DNA of 64,000 bases, taken from Halorutilales archaeon Cl-col2-1 (lineage in GTDB: Archaea; Halobacteriota; Halobacteria; Halobacteriales; Afararchaeaceae). Each line of letters opens with the position of its first letter. Position 1 is the stretch's first letter. The position numbers were made by a program, and so were the translations under genes. The stretch covers positions 640,001 through 704,000 of the forward strand of contig CP169074.1 in assembly GCA_041891055.1 (NCBI GenBank). The letters run 5' to 3'. The notes beneath the pieces are model-generated. The model was not told where the DNA came from, made no database searches, and saw nothing but the letters and a program-made list of their open reading frames with translations. Positions 46,774-57,218 of the stretch are shown one piece after another.

Positions 46774-46810
46774 GCCATTAGTACGAAGAGGGACTAATAT
46801 TTACGAATAG

Positions 46811-47365
46811 ATGAGTGGCTTGAAAGAGGTTCTCAGAAACAGAAGCTCAAGCAGGATACACGACGAAAAGCTCAAACGGAGTGCAGTAGTCGTCCCTGCG
46901 TACTACGACGACGAACGCGGGGGACACGGGGTTCTTCTGACACGGAGATCCGACGACCTTCCACGCCACGCGGGACAGATCAGCTTTCCCGGGGGACGTA
47001 TGGAGTCCGACGACACGGATCTCGCCGAGACAGCACTCAGGGAGCTTCACGAGGAGGTGGGGATGCCTCCCGAGAAGGTCGATCTTCTCGGAACACTCGA
47101 CGACGTGACCACGACGACAGCTTACTCGATACGTCCGTATGTCGGCTGTATCTCGTATCCCTACAGCTTCGAGGTACAGGAGTCGGAGGTCGCCGAACTG
47201 ATACACGCTCCCGTCTCCGACCTCACACATCCCTCAGTCTACGAGAAGAGGTACAAGAACGGAAGGGACGTCCATTACTTCCATTACGAGGACTACACTA
47301 TCTGGGGCGCGACCGCGAGGATACTCGCCCAGTTCCTCGAACTCGCCTACGACTGGTCGCCTTAG
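46811..47365 (+). CDS. Nudix hydrolase, CoA pyrophosphatase type
   Basis: LLTRRS...HAGQISFPGG, Nudix box TALRELHEEVG, IWGATARIL. Confidence 0.9.
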   Translation: MSGLKEVLRNRSSSRIHDEKLKRSAVVVPAYYDDERGGHGVLLTRRSDDLPRHAGQISFPGGRMESDDTDLAETALRELHEEVGMPPEKVDLLGTLDDVTTTTAYSIRPYVGCISYPYSFEVQESEVAELIHAPVSDLTHPSVYEKRYKNGRDVHYFHYEDYTIWGATARILAQFLELAYDWSP

Positions 47366-47401
47366 CTTTAGCTACCCCGCTGTCTCTGTCTATTACCCCA
47401 T

Positions 47402-48226
47402 CTAACGATCGTTTCTCTGAGTCGTATTATCCACAGCCAGGCATACAGCACCCCCGAGAAGTATTACCCAGAAGCCGAGGTAGAGCCAAGTCAGGAATAC
47501 GAGGACACCCCCAACGGCTCCGTAGGCGGCGTACCCCGACGGCGACGACGAAGCCAGATCGACATAGAAACCGAAGGCTGTTTCGAGAGCTACCCATCCC
47601 AACGACGCGAAGACGGCTCCGGGATAGACGTGTCTCAGACTCACATCGACGGGTGGCAGGAAGTAGTAGAGAGGAAGGAAGACGAAGAACAAGCCCACGA
47701 CTCCGATTAAAGCGATCCCGGTATCCGGGACGTCCAAGACACGTGTCAGCCATCTGAGAGCCGCAGCTGTGACGACCGCGGCTATGACTGAGAAGAGGGC
47801 GGCAGCACTGTCACGAGTCGTCCTGAGAACTGACTTGTGTGTAGTCTTTCGCGCGTAGTCCTCGTACAGAACCCGGAAGGACTTCCTGAGACCCCGGACG
47901 AACTTGAGACTTCCCCATAAGAGACCCACGAGACCGATCAGCCCGACCGTCGGGCTGGTCTCGACCTCGACCGACTGTCTCAGAGTCCGGCGTCCCGACT
48001 CCGAGAGATAGACGCTGACGGATTCTATCGCCGCGATAGCGACTGTCTCAAGTCCGGTAAGACTCCCAACTACGAGAAGGAGTAGAACCAGAGGGAAGAC
48101 AGATACGAAGCCGTAGTAGGCGAGTGCTGCGGCTTGGGTTCCGAGACTCTTACGTCTCGATGTCTCGACTACCTCACGGAGTCGCGATCCCAGTCTCGGT
48201 ATCCGCGTCTTCTCGGGGTCTAACAC
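47402..48226 (-). CDS. YihY/BrkB-family membrane protein
   Basis: AAALAYY...S.FP and YG..GGVLVFLTWLY...LLG motifs. Confidence 0.85.
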   Translation of the reverse strand: MLDPEKTRIPRLGSRLREVVETSRRKSLGTQAAALAYYGFVSVFPLVLLLLVVGSLTGLETVAIAAIESVSVYLSESGRRTLRQSVEVETSPTVGLIGLVGLLWGSLKFVRGLRKSFRVLYEDYARKTTHKSVLRTTRDSAAALFSVIAAVVTAAALRWLTRVLDVPDTGIALIGVVGLFFVFLPLYYFLPPVDVSLRHVYPGAVFASLGWVALETAFGFYVDLASSSPSGYAAYGAVGGVLVFLTWLYLGFWVILLGGAVCLAVDNTTQRNDR

Positions 48227-48258
48227 CCTTCGACGTACAGACTCGTCGATTAAAAGCC

Positions 48259-48441
48259 TTAGCTGAGCGTGTCGAAGTAGCTCAGATACCTTCTGAGAGC
48301 GGTTTCGAGTGCGTCGTCCTCGTCGTCGGCATTACGCCGCGCCTCCGAGTGGAGTTCGATGAAGTAGGGGTCTTCGAGGAGACGTGTCACGTTCTTCTTC
48401 GTCAGAACTCTCCTTCTTCGCTGTTCGAAACACGAATCCAT
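48259..48441 (-). CDS. Small hypothetical protein
   Basis: 60-aa ORF that fills the intergenic gap on the same strand as its neighbours, with host-like codons; no motif recognised. Confidence 0.4.
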   Translation of the reverse strand: MDSCFEQRRRRVLTKKNVTRLLEDPYFIELHSEARRNADDEDDALETALRRYLSYFDTLS

Positions 48442-48494
48442 CAGAATAACGAAGGTCAATCCCCTAAAATAATCTTACTATTCGTGTCAAGTAG

Positions 48495-49265
48495 TCACAC
48501 GCGACTCACGTGTGACTCGAAGACCTCACGCGACAGACGTGAGTGAACCTCATCGAGAACGTATCTGAGGTTCCGGGTGTCGTACCTGTTGTAACGCACG
48601 AGCTTTTCGAGAGCCTCGTCGTCGCCATCCTCGTACCTGTGCCATAGACGTACAGCGTCAGCACCGTCGACCTCCTCGCTTCCCGGACGTTCGACGCCGA
48701 GTTCGTCCTCTACCTTCTTGAGACCGCCCGACAGAGGCGGGTCGAGACGCCTACACGGGTACATCAGGTCTATGTGAGGAGTCTCAACTTCGAGACCGAA
48801 GCTGTGTTCGAGAAACGGGACGTCGAACCTCTTTCCGTTGAATGTCACAAGAAGGCTCGCCTCCGAGAGACGTCTCTCGATCTCTGACCTCTCGAGGTCT
48901 TCTCCCCTCACGAGTGTCTGTGTCTCATCTCCGACGTGGAAGCTCACAGTCGTGACCCTGTTATCCTCCTTGCTCAGACCCGTCGTCTCTATGTCGAGAA
49001 AACACGTCTCGTCGTCGAAGTTAGGGTAGAGACGCCACCCCTCACCCGACGGGAACGAGTCGCCGAAGAAGGACGAGTCACCCTGGTCGAGTCTGTCGCG
49101 CGCCTCGTCGATGTAGTTGAGGACACGTTCGGCGGTCGTCTCTCCAACGTGACGTAGTCCGCTCTCCTCGAACTCTTCCCATGTTGTCACGCCGTTCTTC
49201 CAGAGCTTTCTCTCTGTCTTCTCTCCGACGCCCCTGACGGGTATGAAGGAGTTCTGTATCCTCAT
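48495..49265 (-). CDS. RNase H-like (YprB-type) exonuclease domain protein
   Basis: FLDIETTGL, VTFNGKRFDVPF, GGLK.VE..LG and YNRYD motifs. Confidence 0.85.
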   Translation of the reverse strand: MRIQNSFIPVRGVGEKTERKLWKNGVTTWEEFEESGLRHVGETTAERVLNYIDEARDRLDQGDSSFFGDSFPSGEGWRLYPNFDDETCFLDIETTGLSKEDNRVTTVSFHVGDETQTLVRGEDLERSEIERRLSEASLLVTFNGKRFDVPFLEHSFGLEVETPHIDLMYPCRRLDPPLSGGLKKVEDELGVERPGSEEVDGADAVRLWHRYEDGDDEALEKLVRYNRYDTRNLRYVLDEVHSRLSREVFESHVSRV

Positions 49266-49942
49266 GTCGCGTCCTCTATCTTGGATACCACGGCGTCTCT
49301 CAGAGACCCGGGGTCGCGCGCCACTTCGTCGGCATTCTCAAGGTGGTCGGGATCGCCGCTCGCCGAGTATCCTATACAGTACGCACCGGATCGTCTCGCC
49401 GACTCTATCCCCGTCTCGGAGTCCTCTACGACTATACAGTCCTCGGGGTCGACGCCGAGTTCGGAAGCGACGTACTCGTATATGTCGGGCTCGGGCTTCC
49501 CCTCGACGTCTATCTCGTCGGCTGAGACCACGACGTCGAACGAATCTTCGAGTTCGAATCTTTCGAGAACCATCTCCACCCACGACGGAAAAGAGGACGT
49601 CGATATCGCTGTCTTGAGACCTCTCTCCCGTATCTCGTTGAGAAGGTAGTCGAATCCGTCTGTGAGAGAGACTTTCTCAGTGTAGATCGCCTCGGCGCGC
49701 GAGTCGTAGAGGTCGAAGTACTCGTCCTCAGTCACAGCCATCTCGTACCCCCTTTCTGAGAGGAGTTCGTACTGGTCGAGGACGTTGATCCCTGTCAGAT
49801 CCTCGGGAGAGACCTCGTCCTTGTCGTCGTCGCAGACGAGAGCTTCCTCGATTATGGTCTCCTTCTCGGGCTCCCAGTAGACCTCCGAGTCGACTATCAC
49901 GCCGTCCATGTCGAATACGACGGCTTCAGATCCGTGTTCCAT
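49262..49942 (-). CDS. HAD-superfamily phosphatase (beta-PGM-like)
   Basis: FDMDGVIVDSE, KPEPDIY and VEDSETG motifs. Confidence 0.88.
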   Translation of the reverse strand: MEHGSEAVVFDMDGVIVDSEVYWEPEKETIIEEALVCDDDKDEVSPEDLTGINVLDQYELLSERGYEMAVTEDEYFDLYDSRAEAIYTEKVSLTDGFDYLLNEIRERGLKTAISTSSFPSWVEMVLERFELEDSFDVVVSADEIDVEGKPEPDIYEYVASELGVDPEDCIVVEDSETGIESARRSGAYCIGYSASGDPDHLENADEVARDPGSLRDAVVSKIEDAT

Positions 49943-49988
49943 CTCCTACATATCGAGACGTGACGTGAAAAACTGTTTCTGTTCTGTC

Positions 49989-51407
49989 TCAGGGCTTGTG
50001 TATCGCCTCGCCGACGGCGTCCTCACAAGCCTCCCTGAATGCCTCCGAGACCGTGGGGTGTGGATGTACAGTCATAGATACGTCGGAGACGAGAGCACCC
50101 ATCTCGACTGCGAGTGTCGCCTCCGAGATTAGCTCCGAGACGCCGTCGCCGACCATCTGTGCTCCGAGTATCGCCTCTGTCTCGGCGTCGACTACGACCT
50201 TCACGAAGCCGTCGTCCCTCGCCTTAGTTAGGGCGCGTCCCGACGCCGAGAACGGGAACCTGCCGACTCCGACATCGTATCCTCTGTCCTCTGCGTCTTC
50301 CCGAGTCATACCCACCGTGGCAATCTCGGGATCGGTGTAGATAACCGACGGAACCACGAACTCCGCCGCCGACGCCTCGCCCGAGATGACCTCAGCGGCG
50401 ACCTTAGCCTCGTGGTACGCCTTGTGTGCGAGAAGTGGCTCGCCCGCGACGTCCCCCGCCGCGAACACCGACGGGTTCGACGTCCTCATCTGATCGTCGA
50501 CGTGTATGTAGCCGTCGTCGTCGGTCTCAACGCCTGCTTTTTCGAGACGTAGTCCCGCGGTGGTCGGCTGTCTTCCGACTGCGACCAGGACGACGTCCGC
50601 CTCTATCTCACATTCGTCGTCGGCGACTGAGACGGATAACGTCACCGAGCCGTCCTCGTTCGTCTCTATACCCTCTGCACGTGCGTCCGTCTTTATCTCG
50701 ACTCCGATCTCGTCGGCTCTGTGTCTCACGGGCTCGACGACGTCTTCGGGCACGTTCGACAGAATCCTGTCGAGCGACTCTATAACGGTAACCTCGGAGC
50801 CGAGCTTCGCGTAAGCCGTGCCTAACTCGGTACCTATGTAACCCCCTCCGACTACTGCGAGCCTGTCTGGAACTTCTTCAAGTTCGAGTGCGCCCTTCGC
50901 GTCGACGACTCCCTCGTGGCTAGTCGGCAGGCTCGGCACCTCGATGGGCTCCGATCCCGTAGCGATTACACAGCTCTCGAACTCGATTATGTCGGTGCCC
51001 TCGTCGCCGACGACACGTAGCTCAGTCTCCGAGTCGAAGACCGCCTCGCCTCTCAGGACGTCGACCCCGTTCGCGTCTTCGAGCGACTCGACTCCCGAAG
51101 TCAGACGGTCGACGACGCCGTCCTTCCAGTCCTGAAGCCTCTCGAAGTCGAGACTGACGTCTTCCTCGTCCGCTCCTACTCCCATCTCCGACGAGCTTAC
51201 GGAGTCGTGGTAGACGCCGGCGGCGTGTATCAGTGACTTCGAGGGTATACAGCCCTCATTGAGACAGACGCCTCCGAGATCCCTCCTCTTCTCAACGAGA
51301 GCCACGTCCTTACCGAGCTGTGAGAGACGTATAGCCGCGAGGTATCCCGCCGGTCCGCCGCCGACAACGACCGACTCGACCTCCTTCGAGAACTCACCTA
51401 CTACCAT
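49989..51407 (-). CDS. lpdA: Dihydrolipoamide dehydrogenase (E3)
   Basis: GGGPAG, GGVCLNEGCIPSK, GGGYIG and HPHPTVSE motifs. Confidence 0.95.
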   Translation of the reverse strand: MVVGEFSKEVESVVVGGGPAGYLAAIRLSQLGKDVALVEKRRDLGGVCLNEGCIPSKSLIHAAGVYHDSVSSSEMGVGADEEDVSLDFERLQDWKDGVVDRLTSGVESLEDANGVDVLRGEAVFDSETELRVVGDEGTDIIEFESCVIATGSEPIEVPSLPTSHEGVVDAKGALELEEVPDRLAVVGGGYIGTELGTAYAKLGSEVTVIESLDRILSNVPEDVVEPVRHRADEIGVEIKTDARAEGIETNEDGSVTLSVSVADDECEIEADVVLVAVGRQPTTAGLRLEKAGVETDDDGYIHVDDQMRTSNPSVFAAGDVAGEPLLAHKAYHEAKVAAEVISGEASAAEFVVPSVIYTDPEIATVGMTREDAEDRGYDVGVGRFPFSASGRALTKARDDGFVKVVVDAETEAILGAQMVGDGVSELISEATLAVEMGALVSDVSMTVHPHPTVSEAFREACEDAVGEAIHKP

Positions 51408-51408
51408 C

Positions 51409-52728
51409 TTATCCCTCGATTAGTAGGAGATCGGGATCTTCGAGATGGTCTATGACCTCGTTCATGAACTCGGCGGCGTAGGCTCCATCGATTATACGGT
51501 GGTCGAACGACAGCGAGAGGGGCATCATCTTTCTGATCTCGACCTCTCCGTCGACCACGACCGGTTCGTCGTCTATGACGCCGGTTCCGAGTATTCCGAC
51601 CTCGGGGTAGTTTATGACGGGGGTGCCGTACTTGCCCCCTATCGAACCCCAGTTCGAGATAGTGAAGGTGCCGCCCCTCATGTCGTCGAGTTCGAGGTCA
51701 CGGCTCCGTGCCCTCTCTGCGAGTTGGTTTATCTCCCTCGCTATCTCGATCACCGTCTTGCCGTCGGCGTTCTTGATGTTGGGCACGAGGAGACCGTCGT
51801 CCGTGGCGACCGCCATACCGATGTTGTAGTAGTCCTTCTCAACTATCTCGCCCGTCTTCTCGTCTATCGACGCGTTGAGGAGCGGGTACTCCTTGAGTGC
51901 GGCAACGACTGCCTTGACCACGAACGGCGTGTAGGTGAGATGGACGCCTTTCTCCTCGACCTTCTGTTTCTCTTTCTCACGTATCTCGACGAGCTTCGAG
52001 ACGTCGGCGTCGTCGGTCGCTGTGACGTGGGGGGCAGTGTACTTCGACCGCGAGGTTCTGTTGGCTATGCTCCGTCTCGTCCCCGAGAGAGACGTCCTCT
52101 CCACGTCACCCCATCTCTCGAAGTCGTACTCCTTGGGCTCGAAACGCCGACCCGAGAACTCGGGAGCCTCTTCTTTCTCTGTCTCGGGCTCTTCTTCCTC
52201 GACTACTTCGGCTTCTTCACCTTCATCCTCAGTTTCGGCGAAGCTGCGCACGTCGTCCTTAGTGACACGTCCTCCGGGACCTGTCCCCTCGACCTCGTCT
52301 ATCTCGATCCCCTTCTCACGCGCGAACTTACGTGTCGACGGCGCGGCGAGAGTCTTCTTCGTAGTCTTCGGCTCTTTCTCCGGCTCCGACTCGCCGTCTT
52401 TGTCTGTGGGTTCCTCGGCTTCTTCTTCGTCGGCTTCGTCTCCTGGAGCCGTCTCTTCTGCGGCTTCTTCGGTCGTCTCCTCGCCCCCGTCTTCGCCGTT
52501 TATCGTGACTATGACCTCGCCGACCTTTATGACGTCGCCGGGATTGGCGTGTAGCTCCGAGACTGTGCCGCTCGTCGGCGAAGGTACGTCGACTACGGCT
52601 TTGTCTGTCTCGACCTGTGCGAGAACGTCGTCTTCCTCGACGGCGTCGCCCTCGTCGACCTGCCACTCGAGTAGGGTGCCTTCCGTCACGCCCTCTCCGA
52701 CGTCGGGAAACTCGAACTCTGTTACCAT
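51409..52728 (-). CDS. Dihydrolipoamide acyltransferase (E2)
   Basis: Lipoyl domain VETDKA, E3-binding GTGPGGRVTKDD, catalytic FDHRIIDG. Confidence 0.93.
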   Translation of the reverse strand: MVTEFEFPDVGEGVTEGTLLEWQVDEGDAVEEDDVLAQVETDKAVVDVPSPTSGTVSELHANPGDVIKVGEVIVTINGEDGGEETTEEAAEETAPGDEADEEEAEEPTDKDGESEPEKEPKTTKKTLAAPSTRKFAREKGIEIDEVEGTGPGGRVTKDDVRSFAETEDEGEEAEVVEEEEPETEKEEAPEFSGRRFEPKEYDFERWGDVERTSLSGTRRSIANRTSRSKYTAPHVTATDDADVSKLVEIREKEKQKVEEKGVHLTYTPFVVKAVVAALKEYPLLNASIDEKTGEIVEKDYYNIGMAVATDDGLLVPNIKNADGKTVIEIAREINQLAERARSRDLELDDMRGGTFTISNWGSIGGKYGTPVINYPEVGILGTGVIDDEPVVVDGEVEIRKMMPLSLSFDHRIIDGAYAAEFMNEVIDHLEDPDLLLIEG

Positions 52729-52745
52729 GTTATCTAACTATATTT

Positions 52746-53747
52746 TTAGAAGTCGGCTGTCTGACGTACTGCTTCGGCGATCTGTTCCTTGTCCGGCATA
52801 TACGCACCCTCCCTCTCGGGGAAGGGATACGGGACGTCGGGTGCTGTGACTCTCTCGACGGGAGCTTCGAGATAGAGGAGAGCCTCGTCGTTGATACGTG
52901 AGACGACCTCCGACGATACCCCGAGCGTCCTCGGAGCCTCCTGTACTACGACACATCTCCCCGTCTTCTTGACCGACTCGACGACTGTCTCGGCGTCTAG
53001 AGGAGAGACAGTCCTGAGATCGATAACTTCGACCGACACTTCGACCTCGTCGACTGCCTTGAGGCTCTCTCTCACCATCGCACCCCAGCTTACGAGACTG
53101 ACGTCGTCGCCCTCTGAGACGACTCTCGCCTCCTCTAACGGAACCGTGTGTTCGCCCTCTGGTACGTCTTCTCTGAACGCCCTGTAGAGCTTCTTGGGTT
53201 CGAGGAAGACAACGGGGTCGGGGTCACGTATTGCAGACGTGAGGAGACCCTTGGCGTCCGAGGGATTCGAGGGTATCACGACCTTGAGACCCGGTATGTG
53301 TGAGTAAGCAGCCTCGAAGCTCTCGGAGTGGTGTTCGAGTGCGTGGACTCCACCGCCGTAGGGTGCTCTGATAGTGATGGGACAGTTATAGCTCCCGCGC
53401 GACCTCGACCTGAGACGTGAGACGTGCTGTTTTATCTGGTGGAACGCCTGTGGCATGAATCCCGAGAACTGTATCTCAACTACGGGTCTCTTTCCGTAGA
53501 CTCCCATCCCGACCGCCGTTCCCACGATTCCCGCCTCAGCGAGGGGCGTATCGTATATCCTGTCGGGGTACTCGTCAATTATACCCTTCGTCGTTCTGAA
53601 TACGCCGCCGTCGACCCCGACGTCCTCTCCGTAGATCACCATCTTCTCGTCACGCCCCATCTCGTCGTGGAGTGTCTGCCTTACCGACTCGACGAGGTTT
53701 AGCTCGTTGTTACTGTCGTTCCCGTCGCCGTTCTGGTTCTGTGTCAC
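52746..53747 (-). CDS. pdhB: 2-oxoacid (pyruvate-type) dehydrogenase E1 beta subunit
   Basis: GEDVG..GGVFR, DTPLAE.GI, EIQF and EHHSES motifs; GTG at 53747 overlaps the E1-alpha stop codon. Confidence 0.9.
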   Translation of the reverse strand: MTQNQNGDGNDSNNELNLVESVRQTLHDEMGRDEKMVIYGEDVGVDGGVFRTTKGIIDEYPDRIYDTPLAEAGIVGTAVGMGVYGKRPVVEIQFSGFMPQAFHQIKQHVSRLRSRSRGSYNCPITIRAPYGGGVHALEHHSESFEAAYSHIPGLKVVIPSNPSDAKGLLTSAIRDPDPVVFLEPKKLYRAFREDVPEGEHTVPLEEARVVSEGDDVSLVSWGAMVRESLKAVDEVEVSVEVIDLRTVSPLDAETVVESVKKTGRCVVVQEAPRTLGVSSEVVSRINDEALLYLEAPVERVTAPDVPYPFPEREGAYMPDKEQIAEAVRQTADF

Positions 53748-54811
53748 TCTTCCACCCCCTGTCTCGCCTCCATCTGTCTCAACAGTCCGTCGGGGATCTC
53801 GTCGTAGACGTATCTGTAGATGTCGGCTGGGTCTGCTTCTGCCTTCTTCTGCTTCAGGCTCTCGACAGCGTCGTCGACCTCGGAGTCTATCTCCTCCTCG
53901 ATCTCTCGTATCCCCTCGTCGTCGAAGACGTCCCTGTGTCTCAGGAGTTTCTCGATCCTGTCTATGGGGTCTCTCTGCTTCCATCTCTTGACCTCCTCCT
54001 CGTCCCTGTATACTGAGGGATCGTCCGACGTCGTGTGCATCGAGAGACGGTAGGTGACTGCCTCTACCATCTGTGGCTCACCCTGTCTCGCCTTTTCGAG
54101 GGCGTCGCGTGTGGCTTTATAGACTGCGAGGAGGTCGTTCCCGTCGACCTGTACGGCTTCGACCCCCGCACTCACCGCCTTCTGTGCGAGTGTCTCCGAC
54201 TCTGTCTGTTCTTCGCGCGGGAGAGAGATAGCGTACTGGTTGTTCTGGCAGACGAAGACGGTATGGGCGTCGAAGACGTTAGCGAAGTTGAGTGCCTCGT
54301 GGAAGTCGCCCTCCGAGGTCGCTCCGTCGCCGAAGTAGACGAGTGACGCCGAGTTGTCGTCTTCTAACTCCTGTGCCCATCCTATACCCGCGGCGTGTAC
54401 GGTCTGTGACGCGACGGGAACCGCTGGAGGGAGGTCGTTTCTGTCGTGTATCTCGGCACCCTCTTCGAGTCCTGCGTCGTACCACAGGAGAGCCTCCATA
54501 GGTGCTCCACGTGTGAGGAAGGCGGGCTTCTCACGGAAAGACGGAACCATCCAGTCCTCGTCTTCGAGAGCGTACGCCGAGCCGACCTGCGCCGCCTCCT
54601 GTCCTATTGCGGGTGCGAATGTGCCTATCTCACCCCTTCTCTGGAGGCTGATAGCCCTCTCGTCGAGAGCCCTCGCCCTCTTCATCGTCTTGTACATACT
54701 CACGAGGTCGTCGTCCGAGAGGTCGGGTTCGAGGCTCTCGTCGAGGTTACCGTCCTCGTCGAGTACCTCTAACCTCTCTATCTCGAACGAAGCGACCTTT
54801 TCTCGGGGCAT
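53744..54811 (-). CDS. pdhA: 2-oxoacid (pyruvate-type) dehydrogenase E1 alpha subunit
   Basis: GQEA, TPP motif GDGATSEGDFHE...NN and HTTSDDP. Confidence 0.9.
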   Translation of the reverse strand: MPREKVASFEIERLEVLDEDGNLDESLEPDLSDDDLVSMYKTMKRARALDERAISLQRRGEIGTFAPAIGQEAAQVGSAYALEDEDWMVPSFREKPAFLTRGAPMEALLWYDAGLEEGAEIHDRNDLPPAVPVASQTVHAAGIGWAQELEDDNSASLVYFGDGATSEGDFHEALNFANVFDAHTVFVCQNNQYAISLPREEQTESETLAQKAVSAGVEAVQVDGNDLLAVYKATRDALEKARQGEPQMVEAVTYRLSMHTTSDDPSVYRDEEEVKRWKQRDPIDRIEKLLRHRDVFDDEGIREIEEEIDSEVDDAVESLKQKKAEADPADIYRYVYDEIPDGLLRQMEARQGVEE

Positions 54812-54897
54812 ACCCGGATTACAGATATTAGCGACTTAATACTGTCGCCGATTCTGTCGCCGAAAGGGTTAGGAAACTGGCTCGCCGAAGACCCAAC

Positions 54898-55494
54898 ATG
54901 GAAGAGATACGTGACGAAGTCGCCGAACACAGACAGCCTGAGTACGACATAGACCCGATCTTCGTCAACAGGTGGTCGCCGCGTTCGATGACTGGCGAGA
55001 CGGTCGACGACGATCTGATGGCGATCTTCGAGGCGGCGAGATGGGCACCCTCGTCTTACAATAATCAGCCGTGGAGGTTCGTCTACGCGACGAGGGACGG
55101 CGACGACTGGGAAGGCTTTCTCGACCTACTCTCGGAGGGCAACACGACGTGGGCGAAGGACGCGGGCGTTCTCGTCGTGGTACTCTCGAAGACGACCTTC
55201 GACTACAACGGCGAGTACTCACGCACACATTCATTCGACACGGGATCGGCGTGGCAGAACCTCGCTCTCGAAGGCGCGAGACGTGGTCTCGTCGTCCACG
55301 CTATGCAGGGATTCGACTACGACGCCGCGGAAAAACTCGTCGACGCCCCCGACGGGTACGAGGTCGAGGCTATGGTCGCGATAGGAGAGCGCGCTCCGGC
55401 TGAGGAGCTACCCGATGACCTGCGCGAGAACGAGTACCCGAACGGGAGGAAGGGACTCGATGAGACAGTCTTCGAGGGACGTCTCGAAGACTGA
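54898..55494 (+). CDS. Nitroreductase family protein
   Basis: RWSPR, AARWAPSSYNNQPW and HAMQGFD motifs. Confidence 0.9.
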   Translation: MEEIRDEVAEHRQPEYDIDPIFVNRWSPRSMTGETVDDDLMAIFEAARWAPSSYNNQPWRFVYATRDGDDWEGFLDLLSEGNTTWAKDAGVLVVVLSKTTFDYNGEYSRTHSFDTGSAWQNLALEGARRGLVVHAMQGFDYDAAEKLVDAPDGYEVEAMVAIGERAPAEELPDDLRENEYPNGRKGLDETVFEGRLED

Positions 55495-55552
55495 GATAAG
55501 ACCGGACAGACCGGGCATACATTTTTCCGTCTCAGAGTCGATATCCGCGTAG

Positions 55553-56470
55553 ATGCCCCCTAACACCCGGAAGCCCGACTGGCTCCGACAGAGATGGAAC
55601 CCCGACAGGCAAGAATTCGAGGGGATAAAGAGCAAGCTACGTGAGAAGGGTCTCGTGACAGTCTGTGAGGAGGCTTCGTGTCCCAATATCGACGAATGTT
55701 GGTCCGACGAGGGGACTGCTACCTTCATGATACTCGGCGACACGTGTACGAGAAGCTGTGGATTCTGTGACGTGAAGACGGGTGAGGGTGACAGCCTCGA
55801 TCCCACGGAGCCTCAGAGAGTCGCCGAAGCCGTCGAGGAGATAGGTCTCGACTACGCCGTAATAACCTCGGTCGACCGTGACGACCTCCCCGACTCGGGG
55901 GCGTCACAGTTCGCCGAGACAGTCCGACGTGTGAGACAGACGGGGGCTCTCGTCGAGACTCTGATACCTGACTTCGGGGGATCGACGGACGACCTGAGGA
56001 AAGTCGTCGACGAGAAGCCGACAGTCCTCGCCCACAACGTCGAGACAGTCGAACGTCTCCAGGAGAAGGTGCGTGATCCGAGGGCGGGATACGGACAGTC
56101 GCTCGACGTTCTGAGGAAGGCGAAGGAGATCGACGAGACACGAGAGATCTTCACGAAGTCGTCTCTGATGCTGGGTGTCGGAGAGACTGACGACGAGGTT
56201 CTCGGTACGATGGACGATCTACTTGACGCTGGGGTCGACATACTCACCCTCGGACAGTATCTCTCGCCTTCCGACGACCACATCGAGATCGAGGAGTATG
56301 TCCCGCCAGAAAAATTCGACTACTACGCCGAGGTCGCCGAAGAGAAGGGCTTCAGATTCGTGGCATCGGGACCCTTCGTGAGAAGCAGTTACAGGGCGGG
56401 TGAGCTCTTCGTCTCAAATACCGTGAACGGAGACAGCGACGCCGATACACAGCCGCGTCCTATCTCATGA
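55553..56470 (+). CDS. lipA: Lipoyl synthase
   Basis: CEEASCPNIDEC and CTRSCGFC clusters; VRSSY. Confidence 0.95.
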   Translation: MPPNTRKPDWLRQRWNPDRQEFEGIKSKLREKGLVTVCEEASCPNIDECWSDEGTATFMILGDTCTRSCGFCDVKTGEGDSLDPTEPQRVAEAVEEIGLDYAVITSVDRDDLPDSGASQFAETVRRVRQTGALVETLIPDFGGSTDDLRKVVDEKPTVLAHNVETVERLQEKVRDPRAGYGQSLDVLRKAKEIDETREIFTKSSLMLGVGETDDEVLGTMDDLLDAGVDILTLGQYLSPSDDHIEIEEYVPPEKFDYYAEVAEEKGFRFVASGPFVRSSYRAGELFVSNTVNGDSDADTQPRPIS

Positions 56471-57218
56471 GGTTCCAGTCGTCGGATCTGTATCTGTCGT
56501 CGGCTATCTCCTCGGCGAGCGACTCCTCCTCATCTGTCAGAGTCCCCTCGTAGGTCTCTCTTCGGCTGCTGAGACCCGACTTTACAGCCTCGTAGGTCTC
56601 TTCTACCGAGACATCGACCCGACGGCTCACCGAGGTCACCCTGTCGTAGACCGAGTCGACGTGTTTGTCGGAGATCTTGTCGACGTCGGGCTGGAGATAC
56701 CGGAACATCTTCCTCGGATTCACGGAGTGGAGCACGGTGCCGTGCTGGAGTAAAACACCTTCGCGGCGTGTCTGTGCGCTCCCCGAAATCTTCCTTCCGT
56801 CGGCTACTATGTCGTTGACGGGCTCGAACTCCGCCTCTATACCGAGACTCCCGAGACCCTCTATGACGTCTCCACAGATGCTCCTGTACGACTCGGTTAT
56901 GTCGTCGCTGAATCTCTCGACGGGCGCGGCTATGCTGTAGGTCACCTCGCCCTCGGAGTCATGGAAGACCGCACCGCCTCCTGTTCTGCGTCTCACGAAC
57001 TCGATACCGTCCTCTCGGCACGCCTGGGTGTCGACCTCATCGTCGACCGAACCGAAGTAGCCGACAGAGACCGCCGACGGCTCCCATCTGTATATACGGA
57101 TAGTGGGGGGTGATCTGCCGTCACGTATCTCCTTCGAGACAGCCTCGTCTATCGCCATGTTCGTCGGGGCATCGGAGGCTCCGTCCTCGATCACGCGCCA
57201 CTCTGTCGTCCCAGACAT
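56460..57218 (-). CDS. Lipoate-protein ligase / octanoyltransferase catalytic domain
   Basis: NMAIDE, RRRTGGGAVFHD, ND....RKISGSAQ and QHGT motifs. Confidence 0.9.
   Translation of the reverse strand: MSGTTEWRVIEDGASDAPTNMAIDEAVSKEIRDGRSPPTIRIYRWEPSAVSVGYFGSVDDEVDTQACREDGIEFVRRRTGGGAVFHDSEGEVTYSIAAPVERFSDDITESYRSICGDVIEGLGSLGIEAEFEPVNDIVADGRKISGSAQTRREGVLLQHGTVLHSVNPRKMFRYLQPDVDKISDKHVDSVYDRVTSVSRRVDVSVEETYEAVKSGLSSRRETYEGTLTDEEESLAEEIADDRYRSDDWNLMR

Noticed and set aside
51445-52849. Long antisense ORFs (369 and 304 aa) and the many similar overlapping ORFs across the window
   Set aside because: They lie opposite or out of frame with well-supported genes, have Ser/Arg-rich non-halophilic composition, and are expected in high-GC DNA.
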